From an uncultured Flavobacteriales bacterium (GTDB lineage: Bacteria > Bacteroidota > Bacteroidia > Flavobacteriales > UBA7312): a DNA stretch of 39,265 nt. Positions 15,410-25,162 of this stretch are shown in pieces; positions within the stretch are counted from its first letter, which is position 1, and each line of letters starts with the position of its first letter. Both the position numbers and the translations under genes were made by a program. The stretch is taken from positions 1 through 39,265 of the forward strand of contig CAXGIQ010000002.1 in NCBI GenBank assembly GCA_964009845.1. The letters run 5' to 3'. The notes beneath the pieces are model-generated. The model did no database searches, was not told the origin of the DNA, and was given only the letters and a program-made list of their open reading frames with translations.

Positions 15410-16119
15410 TGCAATTGGCGTTTATATAATTGTATTGTATTGTCTAAACCTAAGTACAAAGCATCTGAAATCAGCGCATGCCCTATAGAAACTTCTAGTA
15501 AGTTAGGAACCTGCTCTGCAAAAAAAGCCAAGTTATCTAAATTCAAGTCATGTCCTGCATTCAGTCCTAAGCCAAGCTCACCGGCAAGCTTCCCAGCAGT
15601 TACAAAAGGAGCTATTGCCTCTCGCCTATCTTGTACATATCCTACAGCATAGCTCTCAGTATACAATTCCACCCTATCAGTACCACAAGCCAAAGCACCC
15701 TCCACGTGGCGCAATTCCGTATCCACAAATATAGAAGTACGAATACCCACTTCTTTTAGTACGCCAATAACATCTTGCAGCAAATTCTTCTGCCCCACAG
15801 TATCCCATCCAGCGTTAGAAGTCAACACTCCAGGAGGATCCGGCACCAAAGTAACCTGATGTGGTTTGGTAGCCATCACCAACTCCATAAAGCGCTCCGA
15901 AGGGTAGCCCTCCACATTAAACTCTGTTTTCACCAATGGTTTCAATTCCTCTACATCAAGGTAAGTAATGTGTCGTTCGTCAGGCCTGGGGTGCACTGTT
16001 ATGCCGTCCGCCCCAAACTGCTCACAACGCTGTGCAGCCAAACTCACACTCGGCAATTTACCACCACGAGCATTTCGTAAACTCGCTATTTTATTGATGT
16101 TAACACTTAGCTTTGTCAT
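15406..16119 (-). CDS. pdxJ: Pyridoxine 5'-phosphate synthase
   Basis: MTKLSVNINKIASLRNARG...HPRPDERH...GHDLN is a typical PdxJ pattern. The ORF-track TTG start at 16137 lies inside the -7 box, so ATG 16119 is preferred. Confidence 0.9.
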   Translation of the reverse strand: MTKLSVNINKIASLRNARGGKLPSVSLAAQRCEQFGADGITVHPRPDERHITYLDVEELKPLVKTEFNVEGYPSERFMELVMATKPHQVTLVPDPPGVLTSNAGWDTVGQKNLLQDVIGVLKEVGIRTSIFVDTELRHVEGALACGTDRVELYTESYAVGYVQDRREAIAPFVTAGKLAGELGLGLNAGHDLNLDNLAFFAEQVPNLLEVSIGHALISDALYLGLDNTIQLYKRQLQ

Positions 16120-16134
16120 CTCGTATAAAAAAAG

Positions 16135-16142
16135 CAAAGGTA
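16135..16142 (-). promoter_or_regulatory. Bacteroidota -7 promoter box (TACCTTTG on the minus strand) for pdxJ
   Basis: The reverse complement of caaaggta matches TAnnTTTG. It lies 15 nt upstream of ATG 16119. Confidence 0.5.
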
Positions 16143-16156
16143 TAAATACTATTACT

Positions 16157-16164
16157 TATGTTTG
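16157..16164 (+). promoter_or_regulatory. Bacteroidota -7 promoter box (TATGTTTG) for the CBS-domain gene
   Basis: Exact TAnnTTTG match, 10 nt upstream of ATG 16175. Confidence 0.5.
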
Positions 16165-16174
16165 CCACAAGATT

Positions 16175-16828
16175 ATGCTAAGTCAAAAACTCATAGCTAC
16201 CGATATTAGCCCTGCTTTACCTAGCGATAGCGGAATGAACGTCATGTCGTTAATGGACGAATTTAAAGTGTCTCATTTACCCGTTGTAGAAAAAGGACAA
16301 CTGTTAGGGCTTATTTCTGAAGATGACATTTGGGACATGCATAATGAGGAAAAACCCATAAATAGCATCTTGCTCAAGCAGGTATTTGTAACTTTTGAAC
16401 ACGATGTTTTTGAAATAGTCAAAATGGTCAATGAACATGACCTTACACTAATTCCAGTAGTAGATAATAACCGCTATGTGGGCGCTATTAGTGTCCGATC
16501 AATTATCAAAGCATTAGCATCTATAGTAGCCATGCAATCCGAAGGTGGTGTTATAATATTGGAAATGAATAAAAATGACTATTCCATGAGCGAAATGGCA
16601 CAAATTGTAGAAGGAAACAATGCAAAAATTTTAAGCTCCTATGTAAGCAATCATAAGGATAGTAATATGATTAAGGTAACTCTCAAGCTCAATATCAATG
16701 AATTGAGTCCTGTTGTCCAAACCTTCCAGCGCTACGATTACACCATTACAGCTCACTACGACCATTCTCAATCTAATGATGGATTACAAGATCGATACGA
16801 TTCTTTAATGCGCTACCTTAATATCTAA
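16175..16828 (+). CDS. CBS-pair domain protein
   Basis: 217 aa from ATG 16175 (MLSQKLIATDI...). Two CBS-like repeats are present (VSHLPVVEKGQLLGLISEDDI and LTLIPVVDNNRYVGAISVRSI). The 15968 start in the ORF track would run antisense through pdxJ. Confidence 0.8.
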   Translation: MLSQKLIATDISPALPSDSGMNVMSLMDEFKVSHLPVVEKGQLLGLISEDDIWDMHNEEKPINSILLKQVFVTFEHDVFEIVKMVNEHDLTLIPVVDNNRYVGAISVRSIIKALASIVAMQSEGGVIILEMNKNDYSMSEMAQIVEGNNAKILSSYVSNHKDSNMIKVTLKLNINELSPVVQTFQRYDYTITAHYDHSQSNDGLQDRYDSLMRYLNI

Positions 16829-18198
16829 TGAAGAAGTTTTTATCGGCTTTATGCCTGTTATTGAGTACGGCACTGTGCGCTCAAGAATTACACATTCGAA
16901 ACATACAAATTGAGGGACTTAAAACAACTAAAGAAGCTACCGTACTACGAGAGCTCAGTTTTTTCGTAGGAGATCAAATCACTATTCAAGAGCTACATTC
17001 ATTACTAGAGGAAAATAAAAGCAACTTACTCAATCAATGGCTCTTTAACTTTGTCGATTTTACACCCATCATAAAAGGAAGTGAGGTGGACATACTTCTA
17101 AAAGTAACCGAGCGTTGGTATTTATGGCCTTATCCTATCTTCGAAATATCCGAGCGTAACTTCAATGTCTTTTGGGATAGCTTACGACACTCTAACTTCC
17201 AAGATTTCTCAAGACTGAACTATGGAGTTTTTCTAAACTGGTATAATTTCCGTGGGCGCAACGAACTGCTCAAAATTAAATACCGAAAAGGATACAAAGA
17301 GCATTACCTTTTGGAATATGATATTCCTTATCTCAACCAAGAAAAAACATGGGGAGCGATATTTAAAACAGAACTTTTTCGCATGCAAAAGTTTCACTAC
17401 CAAACTACAAATCATCTATTGCTTTACACCCTGCCAAGAGAAAACCTCTTTAAAGAACATAAGTTGTCTTTAGCTTTTCAATACAAGCCAGGCATAAATA
17501 GCACACACAAACTAGAAATAGAAGGTAGTAAAATGAGCACACAATATTCCGTTGAAAACCCTGTTTTCTTTCTTTCAGATTCGTTAAATTTTCAATACGC
17601 TCGATTCGATTACCACTTTATACAAGAAAAGCGTGATTATAAAGAATATCCGCTAAACGGATATATGCGCGAATTATGTGTTGAATTTTTTCATGGTATT
17701 GGAAACAATTATCATAACATAAGTCTTACTGCCAAAGCCGAGCATCATCATCAATTTCATCCGAGGTGGTCAGTTGGAAATAGTATCAAGGCAAAAACTA
17801 GTTCGAAAGACGAAATACCCTATATGCTCAAGCAAGCATTTGGGTTTGAAGATTACCTGCGAGGGTATGAATACTATGTGATTGATGGCAGCCAGTTTGT
17901 AATGACAAAAACTGCAGTAAAATGGGCTTTACTACCGACAACAGAGATACAATTACCCATTATCCCTTGGGAACAATTTAGCAAGACCCATTTTTCTATA
18001 TACTTCAGTATCTTTGCCGATATGGGTTACGTATACAACCAAGAGGTCGTAAATAATCCTTTAAATAATGAATTCTTAATGAGTCAAGGTTTCAGCATAG
18101 ATATTGTGAGCTATTACGACAAACTTATTCGATTAGAATATAGCCGTAATCACCTAAATGAAACAGGCTTTTTTATTCACTTTTCCAATCCTTTTTAA
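16828..18198 (+). CDS. Short Omp85-family outer-membrane protein with a single POTRA domain
   Basis: 456 aa with a signal peptide. The POTRA-like region is IRNIQIEGLKTTKEATVLRELSFFVGDQI. The remainder is rich in beta-strand-like sequence and ends ...FIHFSNPF. It overlaps the upstream gene by 1 nt (TAATG). Confidence 0.7.
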   Translation: MKKFLSALCLLLSTALCAQELHIRNIQIEGLKTTKEATVLRELSFFVGDQITIQELHSLLEENKSNLLNQWLFNFVDFTPIIKGSEVDILLKVTERWYLWPYPIFEISERNFNVFWDSLRHSNFQDFSRLNYGVFLNWYNFRGRNELLKIKYRKGYKEHYLLEYDIPYLNQEKTWGAIFKTELFRMQKFHYQTTNHLLLYTLPRENLFKEHKLSLAFQYKPGINSTHKLEIEGSKMSTQYSVENPVFFLSDSLNFQYARFDYHFIQEKRDYKEYPLNGYMRELCVEFFHGIGNNYHNISLTAKAEHHHQFHPRWSVGNSIKAKTSSKDEIPYMLKQAFGFEDYLRGYEYYVIDGSQFVMTKTAVKWALLPTTEIQLPIIPWEQFSKTHFSIYFSIFADMGYVYNQEVVNNPLNNEFLMSQGFSIDIVSYYDKLIRLEYSRNHLNETGFFIHFSNPF

Positions 18199-18201
18199 TC
18201 A

Positions 18202-19080
18202 ATGAGAATCGCAATTTACGGCAACCCATTCAATCCGGTGAAAGCTAAATATGTGCAACACCTCATACACAAATTGGAAGAACATAATGTTCCCATCATT
18301 ATTGAACATCAGTTTCATGATTTTCTTATTGATCATGTACAGTTTAAAAAGGATGTTGACATTTTTGACACCCCCAAAGAATTACGAGAAAATGCCGATA
18401 TTTTACTTAGTATTGGAGGAGACGGAACGCTTCTTAACACAATTACTTTAGTAAGAGATTCTGGCATTCCTGTTCTTGGAATTAACACAGGAAGATTAGG
18501 GTTTATTTCTAGCGTCTCTACGGATCAAATTGATAATGCTATCAATCAGCTTTTAAAAAAGGAATACACACTTGAAGAGCGAACGCTTTTGCAATTGGAC
18601 ACCAATAATCAATTGTTTGGCGAAACAAATTTTGCTCTAAATGAAGTAACCGTGTTGAAAAAAGACACCTCATCCATGATACGCATACATGCATTTTTGG
18701 ATGATGAATTCCTCAACTCTTACTGGGCTGATGGTTTGATTGTTGCAACACCAACCGGATCAACTGGCTATTCTTTAAGTTGCGGTGGACCGATTGTAGT
18801 TCCGGGAACAGAAAACTTTATTATTGCGCCTATTGCTCCGCACAATCTAAATGTGCGTCCTGTCATTGTGTCTGAAGAAAGAGTGTTAAAGCTAAAGGTT
18901 GAAGATAGAGATGAATTAGCACTTGTTGCTTTAGACTCCCGTTCTAGAGCTATTGATCCCACTCTAGAACTCACAATTCGAAAAGCAAATTTCAAGGTAA
19001 GCTTAATTAAACTTCACAGCCAATCTTTTATCGCTACTATTCGAGAAAAGTTGATGTGGGGTAAGGATAAAAGAAATTAA
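18202..19080 (+). CDS. nadK: NAD kinase
   Basis: 292 aa. The motifs GGDGTLL and TPTGSTGYSLSCGGP are present. Confidence 0.9.
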   Translation: MRIAIYGNPFNPVKAKYVQHLIHKLEEHNVPIIIEHQFHDFLIDHVQFKKDVDIFDTPKELRENADILLSIGGDGTLLNTITLVRDSGIPVLGINTGRLGFISSVSTDQIDNAINQLLKKEYTLEERTLLQLDTNNQLFGETNFALNEVTVLKKDTSSMIRIHAFLDDEFLNSYWADGLIVATPTGSTGYSLSCGGPIVVPGTENFIIAPIAPHNLNVRPVIVSEERVLKLKVEDRDELALVALDSRSRAIDPTLELTIRKANFKVSLIKLHSQSFIATIREKLMWGKDKRN

Positions 19081-19101
19081 GTTCATTCTATCATAAATCC
19101 C

Positions 19102-19109
19102 TATATTTG
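19102..19109 (+). promoter_or_regulatory. Bacteroidota -7 promoter box (TATATTTG) for the DUF6089-uppS-bamA unit
   Basis: Exact TAnnTTTG match. It overlaps the ORF-track TTG start at 19107, so ATG 19137 is preferred. Confidence 0.5.
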
Positions 19110-19136
19110 CTCCTTTATAGGAAAACACACAAAATA

Positions 19137-20042
19137 ATGATAAAAAAGCTGTTTTTACTATGCTTGATTTTTGGGCCTTACACTTCAATACAAGCTCAAT
19201 CTTTTAACCCAACAACTGAGATAGGAGTGCAGTTTGGAGGCTCTTACTACATTGGGGATTTAAATGATGATCATTTTTCACTTACACAACCAGCAATCGG
19301 GATTGCTTATAGAAAAAATCTTGATAGACGCTTTACCTTAAAGGGCTCTGTGTGGGCAGGGGAAATAAGAGGCAATGACAAAATCAACAATGTAGACACA
19401 GCGAAAATCAACAGGAATCTACACTTTAAATCTCCAATGTATGAGGTGTCAGGCCAAATAGAATTTAACTTTTTAGAATATGAAACTGGCAATTGGAGAT
19501 TTCCTTTTTCTCCCTTTGTTTTTACAGGCGTTTCATTTTTTCATTTCAACCCTCAAGCAAGGAGATACGACACTCAAAATCCATTTGATAGAGATGGTGA
19601 AGGAACAAGCAACCCTTGGACAGAATTACAACCTCTAGGAACTGAAGGACAGAACATTGTTCCTGGTAAAGAGCCTTATATGTTATCTCAAATTTCAATT
19701 CCTTTAGGAGTTGGATTTAAACTTAGCTTAGGTGAAAATGTCAATATGATGTTAGAGTATGGTATTCGCAAGACATTTACTGATTATTTAGATGATGTTA
19801 GCGGAACATATGTTAGTCCTTTTGATTTGTATGGTTATGATAGTGATCAAACCACTGTTGAACTTTCTGATCAAAGCCTAAGCCTACAAGATTATATACA
19901 AGATGGGGGTGATATTAAAGATTGGGATCAAAATACCGGTAGAAATAGAGGAAATGAAAACACTTGGACCGATTGGTATTCATTTGCTGGGTTAACACTA
20001 TCTTTTAAAATTGTAAAAACACCTAAAGTCTGCCAATATTAA
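19137..20042 (+). CDS. DUF6089-like outer-membrane beta-barrel protein
   Basis: Signal peptide: MIKKLFLLCLIFGPYTSIQA/Q. Its position between nadK and uppS matches the conserved Flavobacteriia arrangement as I recall it. Confidence 0.6.
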   Translation: MIKKLFLLCLIFGPYTSIQAQSFNPTTEIGVQFGGSYYIGDLNDDHFSLTQPAIGIAYRKNLDRRFTLKGSVWAGEIRGNDKINNVDTAKINRNLHFKSPMYEVSGQIEFNFLEYETGNWRFPFSPFVFTGVSFFHFNPQARRYDTQNPFDRDGEGTSNPWTELQPLGTEGQNIVPGKEPYMLSQISIPLGVGFKLSLGENVNMMLEYGIRKTFTDYLDDVSGTYVSPFDLYGYDSDQTTVELSDQSLSLQDYIQDGGDIKDWDQNTGRNRGNENTWTDWYSFAGLTLSFKIVKTPKVCQY

Positions 20043-20785
20043 TGGCAACAATTAACAAACAAAGAGTTCCTAAACACATTGCTATTATTATGGATGGTAA
20101 TGGTCGTTGGGCGAAAAAGCAGTCTAAGCTGCGCATTTTTGGACATCATGGTGGTGTAAAAGCAGTCAGAGACACGGTTGAGGGAGCTGCTGAATTAGGC
20201 GTAAAATACTTAACACTTTACGCTTTCTCAACAGAAAACTGGAATAGACCTCAAAAGGAAGTCAATGCCTTGATGGAATTATTAGTAAACACTATTGTAA
20301 AAGAAACTGAGACTTTAGAAAAAAACAAAATACGACTACAAGTAATAGGTAACCTTAACAGTTTACCAAAAAACTGCCTAGATAAGCTTCAACTTTCAAT
20401 AAACACAACTAAAGATAATCATCAAATGACTTTAGTGTTAGCTTTGAGCTATAGTGCTAAATGGGAAATTATTGAAGCAACTAAAAAAATTGCTAAAGAA
20501 GTTAGAGATAATAATTTATCTATAGAGGAAATAGATGAGCATTTGTTTAGCTCTTCTTTATCTACACACAATATTCCTGACCCTGAATTGTTAATAAGGT
20601 CAAGTGGAGAATATCGTATTAGCAACTTCTTATTGTGGCAAATAGCGTATTCTGAACTATATTTTACAGATGTCCTGTGGCCTGACTTTAGAAAAGAAAA
20701 TCTAAAACTAGCTATTATAGATTATCAAAAAAGAGAAAGACGATTTGGAAAAACAAGTGAGCAAATTGAGAGTGAACATGCGTAA
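20042..20785 (+). CDS. uppS: Undecaprenyl diphosphate synthase (isoprenyl transferase)
   Basis: 247 aa. IIMDGNGRWA and RSSGEYRISNFLLWQ are present. It overlaps the upstream gene by 1 nt (TAATG). Confidence 0.95.
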   Translation: MATINKQRVPKHIAIIMDGNGRWAKKQSKLRIFGHHGGVKAVRDTVEGAAELGVKYLTLYAFSTENWNRPQKEVNALMELLVNTIVKETETLEKNKIRLQVIGNLNSLPKNCLDKLQLSINTTKDNHQMTLVLALSYSAKWEIIEATKKIAKEVRDNNLSIEEIDEHLFSSSLSTHNIPDPELLIRSSGEYRISNFLLWQIAYSELYFTDVLWPDFRKENLKLAIIDYQKRERRFGKTSEQIESEHA

Positions 20786-23255
20786 ATTACTATTTATTTT
20801 TCTTATATCTTGCTTTAGCATTAATAGCTTAGCGCAAGTTTCTTTAAATAAAGATTTAGAAACAATTTCTTATGCCTCTCCTAAACAGTATATACTAGGG
20901 GGTGTCACTATTTCAGGAACAAAACACTTAGATCATAGTACTCTTATTCAAATTTCAGGATTAGAAGTGGGGAAACTTATTACCGTTCCAGGTGATGACT
21001 TTACTCAAGCAATTGAAAAAATGTGGGAACAAGGCTTGTTTTCTGATGTACAGATTGAAGCAACAAGAATACAAGGTAACAGCATCTTTCTAAACCTTTA
21101 TTTAGAAGAACGACCTAGACTATCAAAATTTAAATTTAGTGGAATTAAAAAAGCTGATATTGATAATTTACGTGACCAAATAAAGCTTGTTAGAGGCAAG
21201 ATAATTACTGAAAATCTTCTAAATAACACTACAAATATCATACGAAGCTATTTTGTCGAAAAAGGTTTTCTTAATGTTGAAATAAGCTTCTCTGAAGAAG
21301 AAGACCCTAACACTCCTAATCATGTTCTGCTTGCTTTCAAAGTAGACAAGAAAGAAAGAGTTAAAATTAGTGACATTTCTTTTAAAAATAACACTCTTTT
21401 CACTGATAAAAAACTGAAAAGATTGATGAAAGACACCAAAGAAAAACACTTTTATAGACTATTTAAAGCATCCAAATTTTTGGAGAACGCATATGATGTA
21501 GATAAAAACAACATCATTGCCAAGTACAATGAAAAGGGGTTTAGAGACGCTAAAATTAACAGTGATAGTATCTGGATAAATGAAGAAGGCTCACTTTCTA
21601 TGATTTTAGATATAAAAGAAGGAAATCCTTATTACTTTGGAAACATTCAATGGGTAGGAAATTCTAAATATTCGAATCAAGAATTAAATGAGATCGTTGG
21701 AATTCAAAAAGGTGATGTTTTTGACCCTACAATTTTGCAAACTCGCTTATTAGGAAGCCCTGACAGCAGAGATGTTCATTCGAAATACTTAGACAATGGC
21801 TACCTTTTCTCGCAAGTAACACCTGTGGAAACAGAGGTTCGTAATGACACTATAGATATTGAAGTTCGAATTTATGAAGGGCAACAAGCCCGTCTTAACC
21901 GAGTATCTGTTGTTGGAAATACTAAAACGAATGATCGAGTAGTTATGAGGGAAATTCGCACAAATCCAGGAGACTTATTCAATCGATCATTAATTATGCG
22001 TTCTCAGAGAGAATTAGCAACACTTGGTTATTTCGATCCTGAAAAACTAGACATTGATGTAGAACCAGATCCTCAAAACGGAACAGTTGACTTAACATAT
22101 GTTGTAGAAGAAAAGCCTTCAGATCAAATTGAGTTACAAGGAGGTTGGGGAGCAGGAAGAATCATTGGAACATTCAGAGTTTCGTTTAATAATTTTTCTG
22201 CAAAAAATATTTTTAACAAAGAAGCTTGGAAATTAGTTCCGTCTGGAGACGGACAAAGAATTAGTTTATCCGCATCATCTAACGGATTATACTATCAATC
22301 ATTTTTAGCTTCTTTCACAGAACCTTGGCTTGGAGGAAAAAAACCAAACTCATTTACAATAAGCGGAAGATATTCTATCCAATCAAACGGATTGGAATTG
22401 GATAATCCAGAACGACAAACAATGAAAATTTCTAGTTTCACGATAGGAATAGGGAAACGTCTAAAATGGCCTGATGATTATTTTTCATTGTATCAATACG
22501 CTAACCTCTCTCAATACAATCTTGACGAATGGGAAGGGTATTCTTCTCTAGGAACAGGGACAGTAAACAACTATAGCTACACATTTGCTTTAAGCAGAAA
22601 CTCTACTGATCAGCCAACATTTCCTAGAAGAGGATCAAATATGAAACTAAATATTCAATTAACTCCTCCATATTCAATTTTTGATGGTATTGATGATTAT
22701 AGTACATTAACAAACTCTGAAAAGTTCAAATGGTCTGAATATCACAAATGGAACATTGGTGCCAATTGGTTTACTAGCTTGGCTGATAAATTGGTTTTAA
22801 AGACAAACTTGGAGTATGGTTTGTTAGGAATGTATAATAGTGATATTGGACTATCTCCTTTTGAAAGATTTTATGTGGGTGGTGACGGACTTAGTGGTTA
22901 TGCTTTAGATGGCAGAGAGGTCATTGCATTAAGGGGTTATGCCAATGGGTCTATGTCTCCATCAACCGGAGCAACACTTTACACAAAATATACTACTGAA
23001 TTACGATATGCACTTTCATTAAATCCTCAGTCGCCTATTTTTGCCCTAGCTTTTCTAGAAGCAGGTAACTCTTGGGATCAGTTTAAGCATTTTGATCCAT
23101 TTAGTGTTAAACGATCAGCCGGAGTTGGTATACGTATTACTATTCCAATGATGGGTATGATGGGAGTTGACTATGGTTATGGATTTGATGAAATACCCGG
23201 AGATCAAGATGCAAACAAAGGACAATTTCACTTCTCTATCAACCAACAATTTTAG
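20778..23255 (+). CDS. bamA: Outer-membrane protein assembly factor BamA
   Basis: About 825 aa from ATG 20778 (MRKLLFIFLISCFSINSLA/Q). It has multiple POTRA repeats and an Omp85 barrel, and ends ...FHFSINQQF. Confidence 0.9.
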   Translation: MRKLLFIFLISCFSINSLAQVSLNKDLETISYASPKQYILGGVTISGTKHLDHSTLIQISGLEVGKLITVPGDDFTQAIEKMWEQGLFSDVQIEATRIQGNSIFLNLYLEERPRLSKFKFSGIKKADIDNLRDQIKLVRGKIITENLLNNTTNIIRSYFVEKGFLNVEISFSEEEDPNTPNHVLLAFKVDKKERVKISDISFKNNTLFTDKKLKRLMKDTKEKHFYRLFKASKFLENAYDVDKNNIIAKYNEKGFRDAKINSDSIWINEEGSLSMILDIKEGNPYYFGNIQWVGNSKYSNQELNEIVGIQKGDVFDPTILQTRLLGSPDSRDVHSKYLDNGYLFSQVTPVETEVRNDTIDIEVRIYEGQQARLNRVSVVGNTKTNDRVVMREIRTNPGDLFNRSLIMRSQRELATLGYFDPEKLDIDVEPDPQNGTVDLTYVVEEKPSDQIELQGGWGAGRIIGTFRVSFNNFSAKNIFNKEAWKLVPSGDGQRISLSASSNGLYYQSFLASFTEPWLGGKKPNSFTISGRYSIQSNGLELDNPERQTMKISSFTIGIGKRLKWPDDYFSLYQYANLSQYNLDEWEGYSSLGTGTVNNYSYTFALSRNSTDQPTFPRRGSNMKLNIQLTPPYSIFDGIDDYSTLTNSEKFKWSEYHKWNIGANWFTSLADKLVLKTNLEYGLLGMYNSDIGLSPFERFYVGGDGLSGYALDGREVIALRGYANGSMSPSTGATLYTKYTTELRYALSLNPQSPIFALAFLEAGNSWDQFKHFDPFSVKRSAGVGIRITIPMMGMMGVDYGYGFDEIPGDQDANKGQFHFSINQQF

Positions 23256-23281
23256 TTAACTTCGCTACAAAATATAATAAA

Positions 23282-23791
23282 ATGAAAAAATTATTATTGA
23301 TTACTTTTCTTGGGTTCTTTTCTATAACCTCATACTCTCAAAAGTTTGCATATGTTGATTCTGATTATATCTTGGAAAGAGTTCCTGAATATCAATCAGC
23401 ACAAGAACAACTTGACAAACTCACTTTGAGCTGGCAAGAAGAAATAGAAATTCTTTACCAAGAAATTGATATGTTATACAAAAAGTATCAAGCTGATCAA
23501 ATCTTGCTTACTCAAGACATGAAAACCAAAAGAGAGGCTGAGATTATTAATAAAGAAAAAGAGGCTAAAGAATTACAAAGAAAAAGATTTGGTCCAGAGG
23601 GGGATTTGTTTGTGAAAAGGCAAGAATTGATTAAGCCTACTCAAGACAAAATATATAATGCTATTCAAGACTTAGCAACAGAAAAGAGATATGACATTAT
23701 TTTTGATAAATCTAGCGAGTTAATTATGTTATATGCAGATACAGATTTAGACAAAAGCGATGAAATTTTACAAATGTTAGGATATAAATAA
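23282..23791 (+). CDS. OmpH/Skp-family periplasmic chaperone
   Basis: 169 aa. It has a signal peptide, the motif KFAYVDSDYIL and a coiled-coil-rich body. Confidence 0.85.
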   Translation: MKKLLLITFLGFFSITSYSQKFAYVDSDYILERVPEYQSAQEQLDKLTLSWQEEIEILYQEIDMLYKKYQADQILLTQDMKTKREAEIINKEKEAKELQRKRFGPEGDLFVKRQELIKPTQDKIYNAIQDLATEKRYDIIFDKSSELIMLYADTDLDKSDEILQMLGYK

Positions 23792-23802
23792 TTACAAATA
23801 AA

Positions 23803-24303
23803 ATGAGAACAACACTTTTAACACTTTGCTTTTTATTCGTTAGCTTCTATTCAGTAGAAGCCCAAAATAAATTCGGATATATTGACTCTAATGAACTATT
23901 AGTTCTTATGCCTGAGAGCCAATCAATGCAAACAGAATTACAAAATTATGCAAATGGATTAGAGTCTCAGCTAACTGCCATGCAAGCGGAGGGAGAAGCA
24001 AAATTGACAGAATTTCAGCAACAGGAAGCTACAATGAGTGATCTTGTAAAACAAGATAAAGTCAGAGAGTTAGAAAGCATTCAGCAAAGAATTCTAGAAT
24101 TTCAACAGAATGCACAGCAAGCCTTAGGAAATAAAGAAAAAGAATTGCTTACTCCTATTATAGAAAAAGCACGAAAGGCGATCGAAGACGTTGCTGAGGA
24201 AGGTAAGTATACATACATTTTTGATGCAAGCATGGGGTCTTTACTTTACGCAGATGAAAGTGAAAACATCTTACCGCTTGTAAAAGCGAAATTAGGATTG
24301 TAA
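23803..24303 (+). CDS. OmpH/Skp-family periplasmic chaperone (tandem paralog)
   Basis: 166 aa. It has a signal peptide, the motif KFGYIDSNELL and a Gln/Glu-rich coiled coil. Confidence 0.85.
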   Translation: MRTTLLTLCFLFVSFYSVEAQNKFGYIDSNELLVLMPESQSMQTELQNYANGLESQLTAMQAEGEAKLTEFQQQEATMSDLVKQDKVRELESIQQRILEFQQNAQQALGNKEKELLTPIIEKARKAIEDVAEEGKYTYIFDASMGSLLYADESENILPLVKAKLGL

Positions 24304-24325
24304 AATCAACAAACACAATAAAAAA

Positions 24326-24352
24326 AGCAGTTCTTTAAGAGCTGCTTTTTTT
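24326..24352 (+). terminator. Intrinsic terminator after the second skp-like gene
   Basis: Hairpin agcagttc-tttaa-gagctgct (8 bp, including one G-U pair), followed by a 7-nt T run. Confidence 0.7.
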
Positions 24353-24367
24353 ATGTAACTTCGAAAA

Positions 24368-25162
24368 GTGAAAAAGTATTTACCCATAGGAATCTTTGAC
24401 TCTGGAATTGGGGGGCTAACTGTAGCAAATGCAGTTAAAAAAGCTCTTCCCAATGAAAGCATGCTTTATTTCGGAGACACAGAGCACCTTCCCTATGGAG
24501 AAAAATCAGCTGAAGCTATACAGCAGTTTTCTAAACGAATTACAGAATTCTTAATAACAAAGGAATGTAAACTGATTATCATTGCTTGTAACACGGCTTC
24601 ATCAGTTGCCTATGATATAGTCAAACAAACGGCTCAAGGAGTTCCTATCATCAATGTGATTGACCCTGTGGTAAAACATGTAGCCACATATTGTCAAAAC
24701 TGCCATATTGGAGTTATTGGAACAAAAGGAACTACTAATTCGCAAGTGTATCCAAAAAAATTACACTTGCTAAATGCTAAAGCAGATGTTACCTCTTTAG
24801 CTACTCCTCTTTTAGCTCCTATGATTGAAGAAGGTTTTTTTAATGACCAACTAAGCCAGACTATTATTGACTCTTATTTAAGCAGCCCACAACTAACGGG
24901 TGTTGATAAGCTCATTTTAGCTTGCACACATTATCCTCTTATTCAAGAAGCTATTCAAAAGTATTATCAAGGAAAAGTTGAAATTATAGATTCTGCATCC
25001 CAAGTAGCCGAAGCCGTAAAAGTACTTTTAGAAAAGGAGTCTTTGTTAAGTAATCAATCAGCAAAGCATCAGTTTTTTGTTTCTGACTACACCGATTCTT
25101 TCGAAAAATCAGCTAAAATTTTCTTTCATGAAGAAATTCATTTAGAAGAGGTTAAACTGTAA
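24368..25162 (+). CDS. murI: Glutamate racemase
   Basis: GTG start. The motifs IGIFDSGIGGLTV, IIACNTAS and LACTHYP are present. Confidence 0.9.
   Translation: MKKYLPIGIFDSGIGGLTVANAVKKALPNESMLYFGDTEHLPYGEKSAEAIQQFSKRITEFLITKECKLIIIACNTASSVAYDIVKQTAQGVPIINVIDPVVKHVATYCQNCHIGVIGTKGTTNSQVYPKKLHLLNAKADVTSLATPLLAPMIEEGFFNDQLSQTIIDSYLSSPQLTGVDKLILACTHYPLIQEAIQKYYQGKVEIIDSASQVAEAVKVLLEKESLLSNQSAKHQFFVSDYTDSFEKSAKIFFHEEIHLEEVKL

Noticed and set aside
15968-16174. 69-codon N-terminal extension of the CBS-domain ORF
   Set aside because: The extension runs antisense through the pdxJ coding region, is Cys/Arg-rich and looks non-protein-like. A TATGTTTG box at 16157-16164 places the promoter downstream of it.
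20745-20777. 11-codon N-terminal extension of bamA overlapping uppS
   Set aside because: ATG 20778 gives a canonical signal peptide (MRKLLFIFLISCFSINSLA). The extension would place charged residues ahead of it and overlap uppS by 41 nt.
23282-24303. Tandem skp/ompH paralogs as a possible recent duplication or novel pair
   Set aside because: The two proteins are strongly diverged at sequence level. As I recall, a double OmpH gene downstream of bamA is the standard arrangement in Flavobacteriia.
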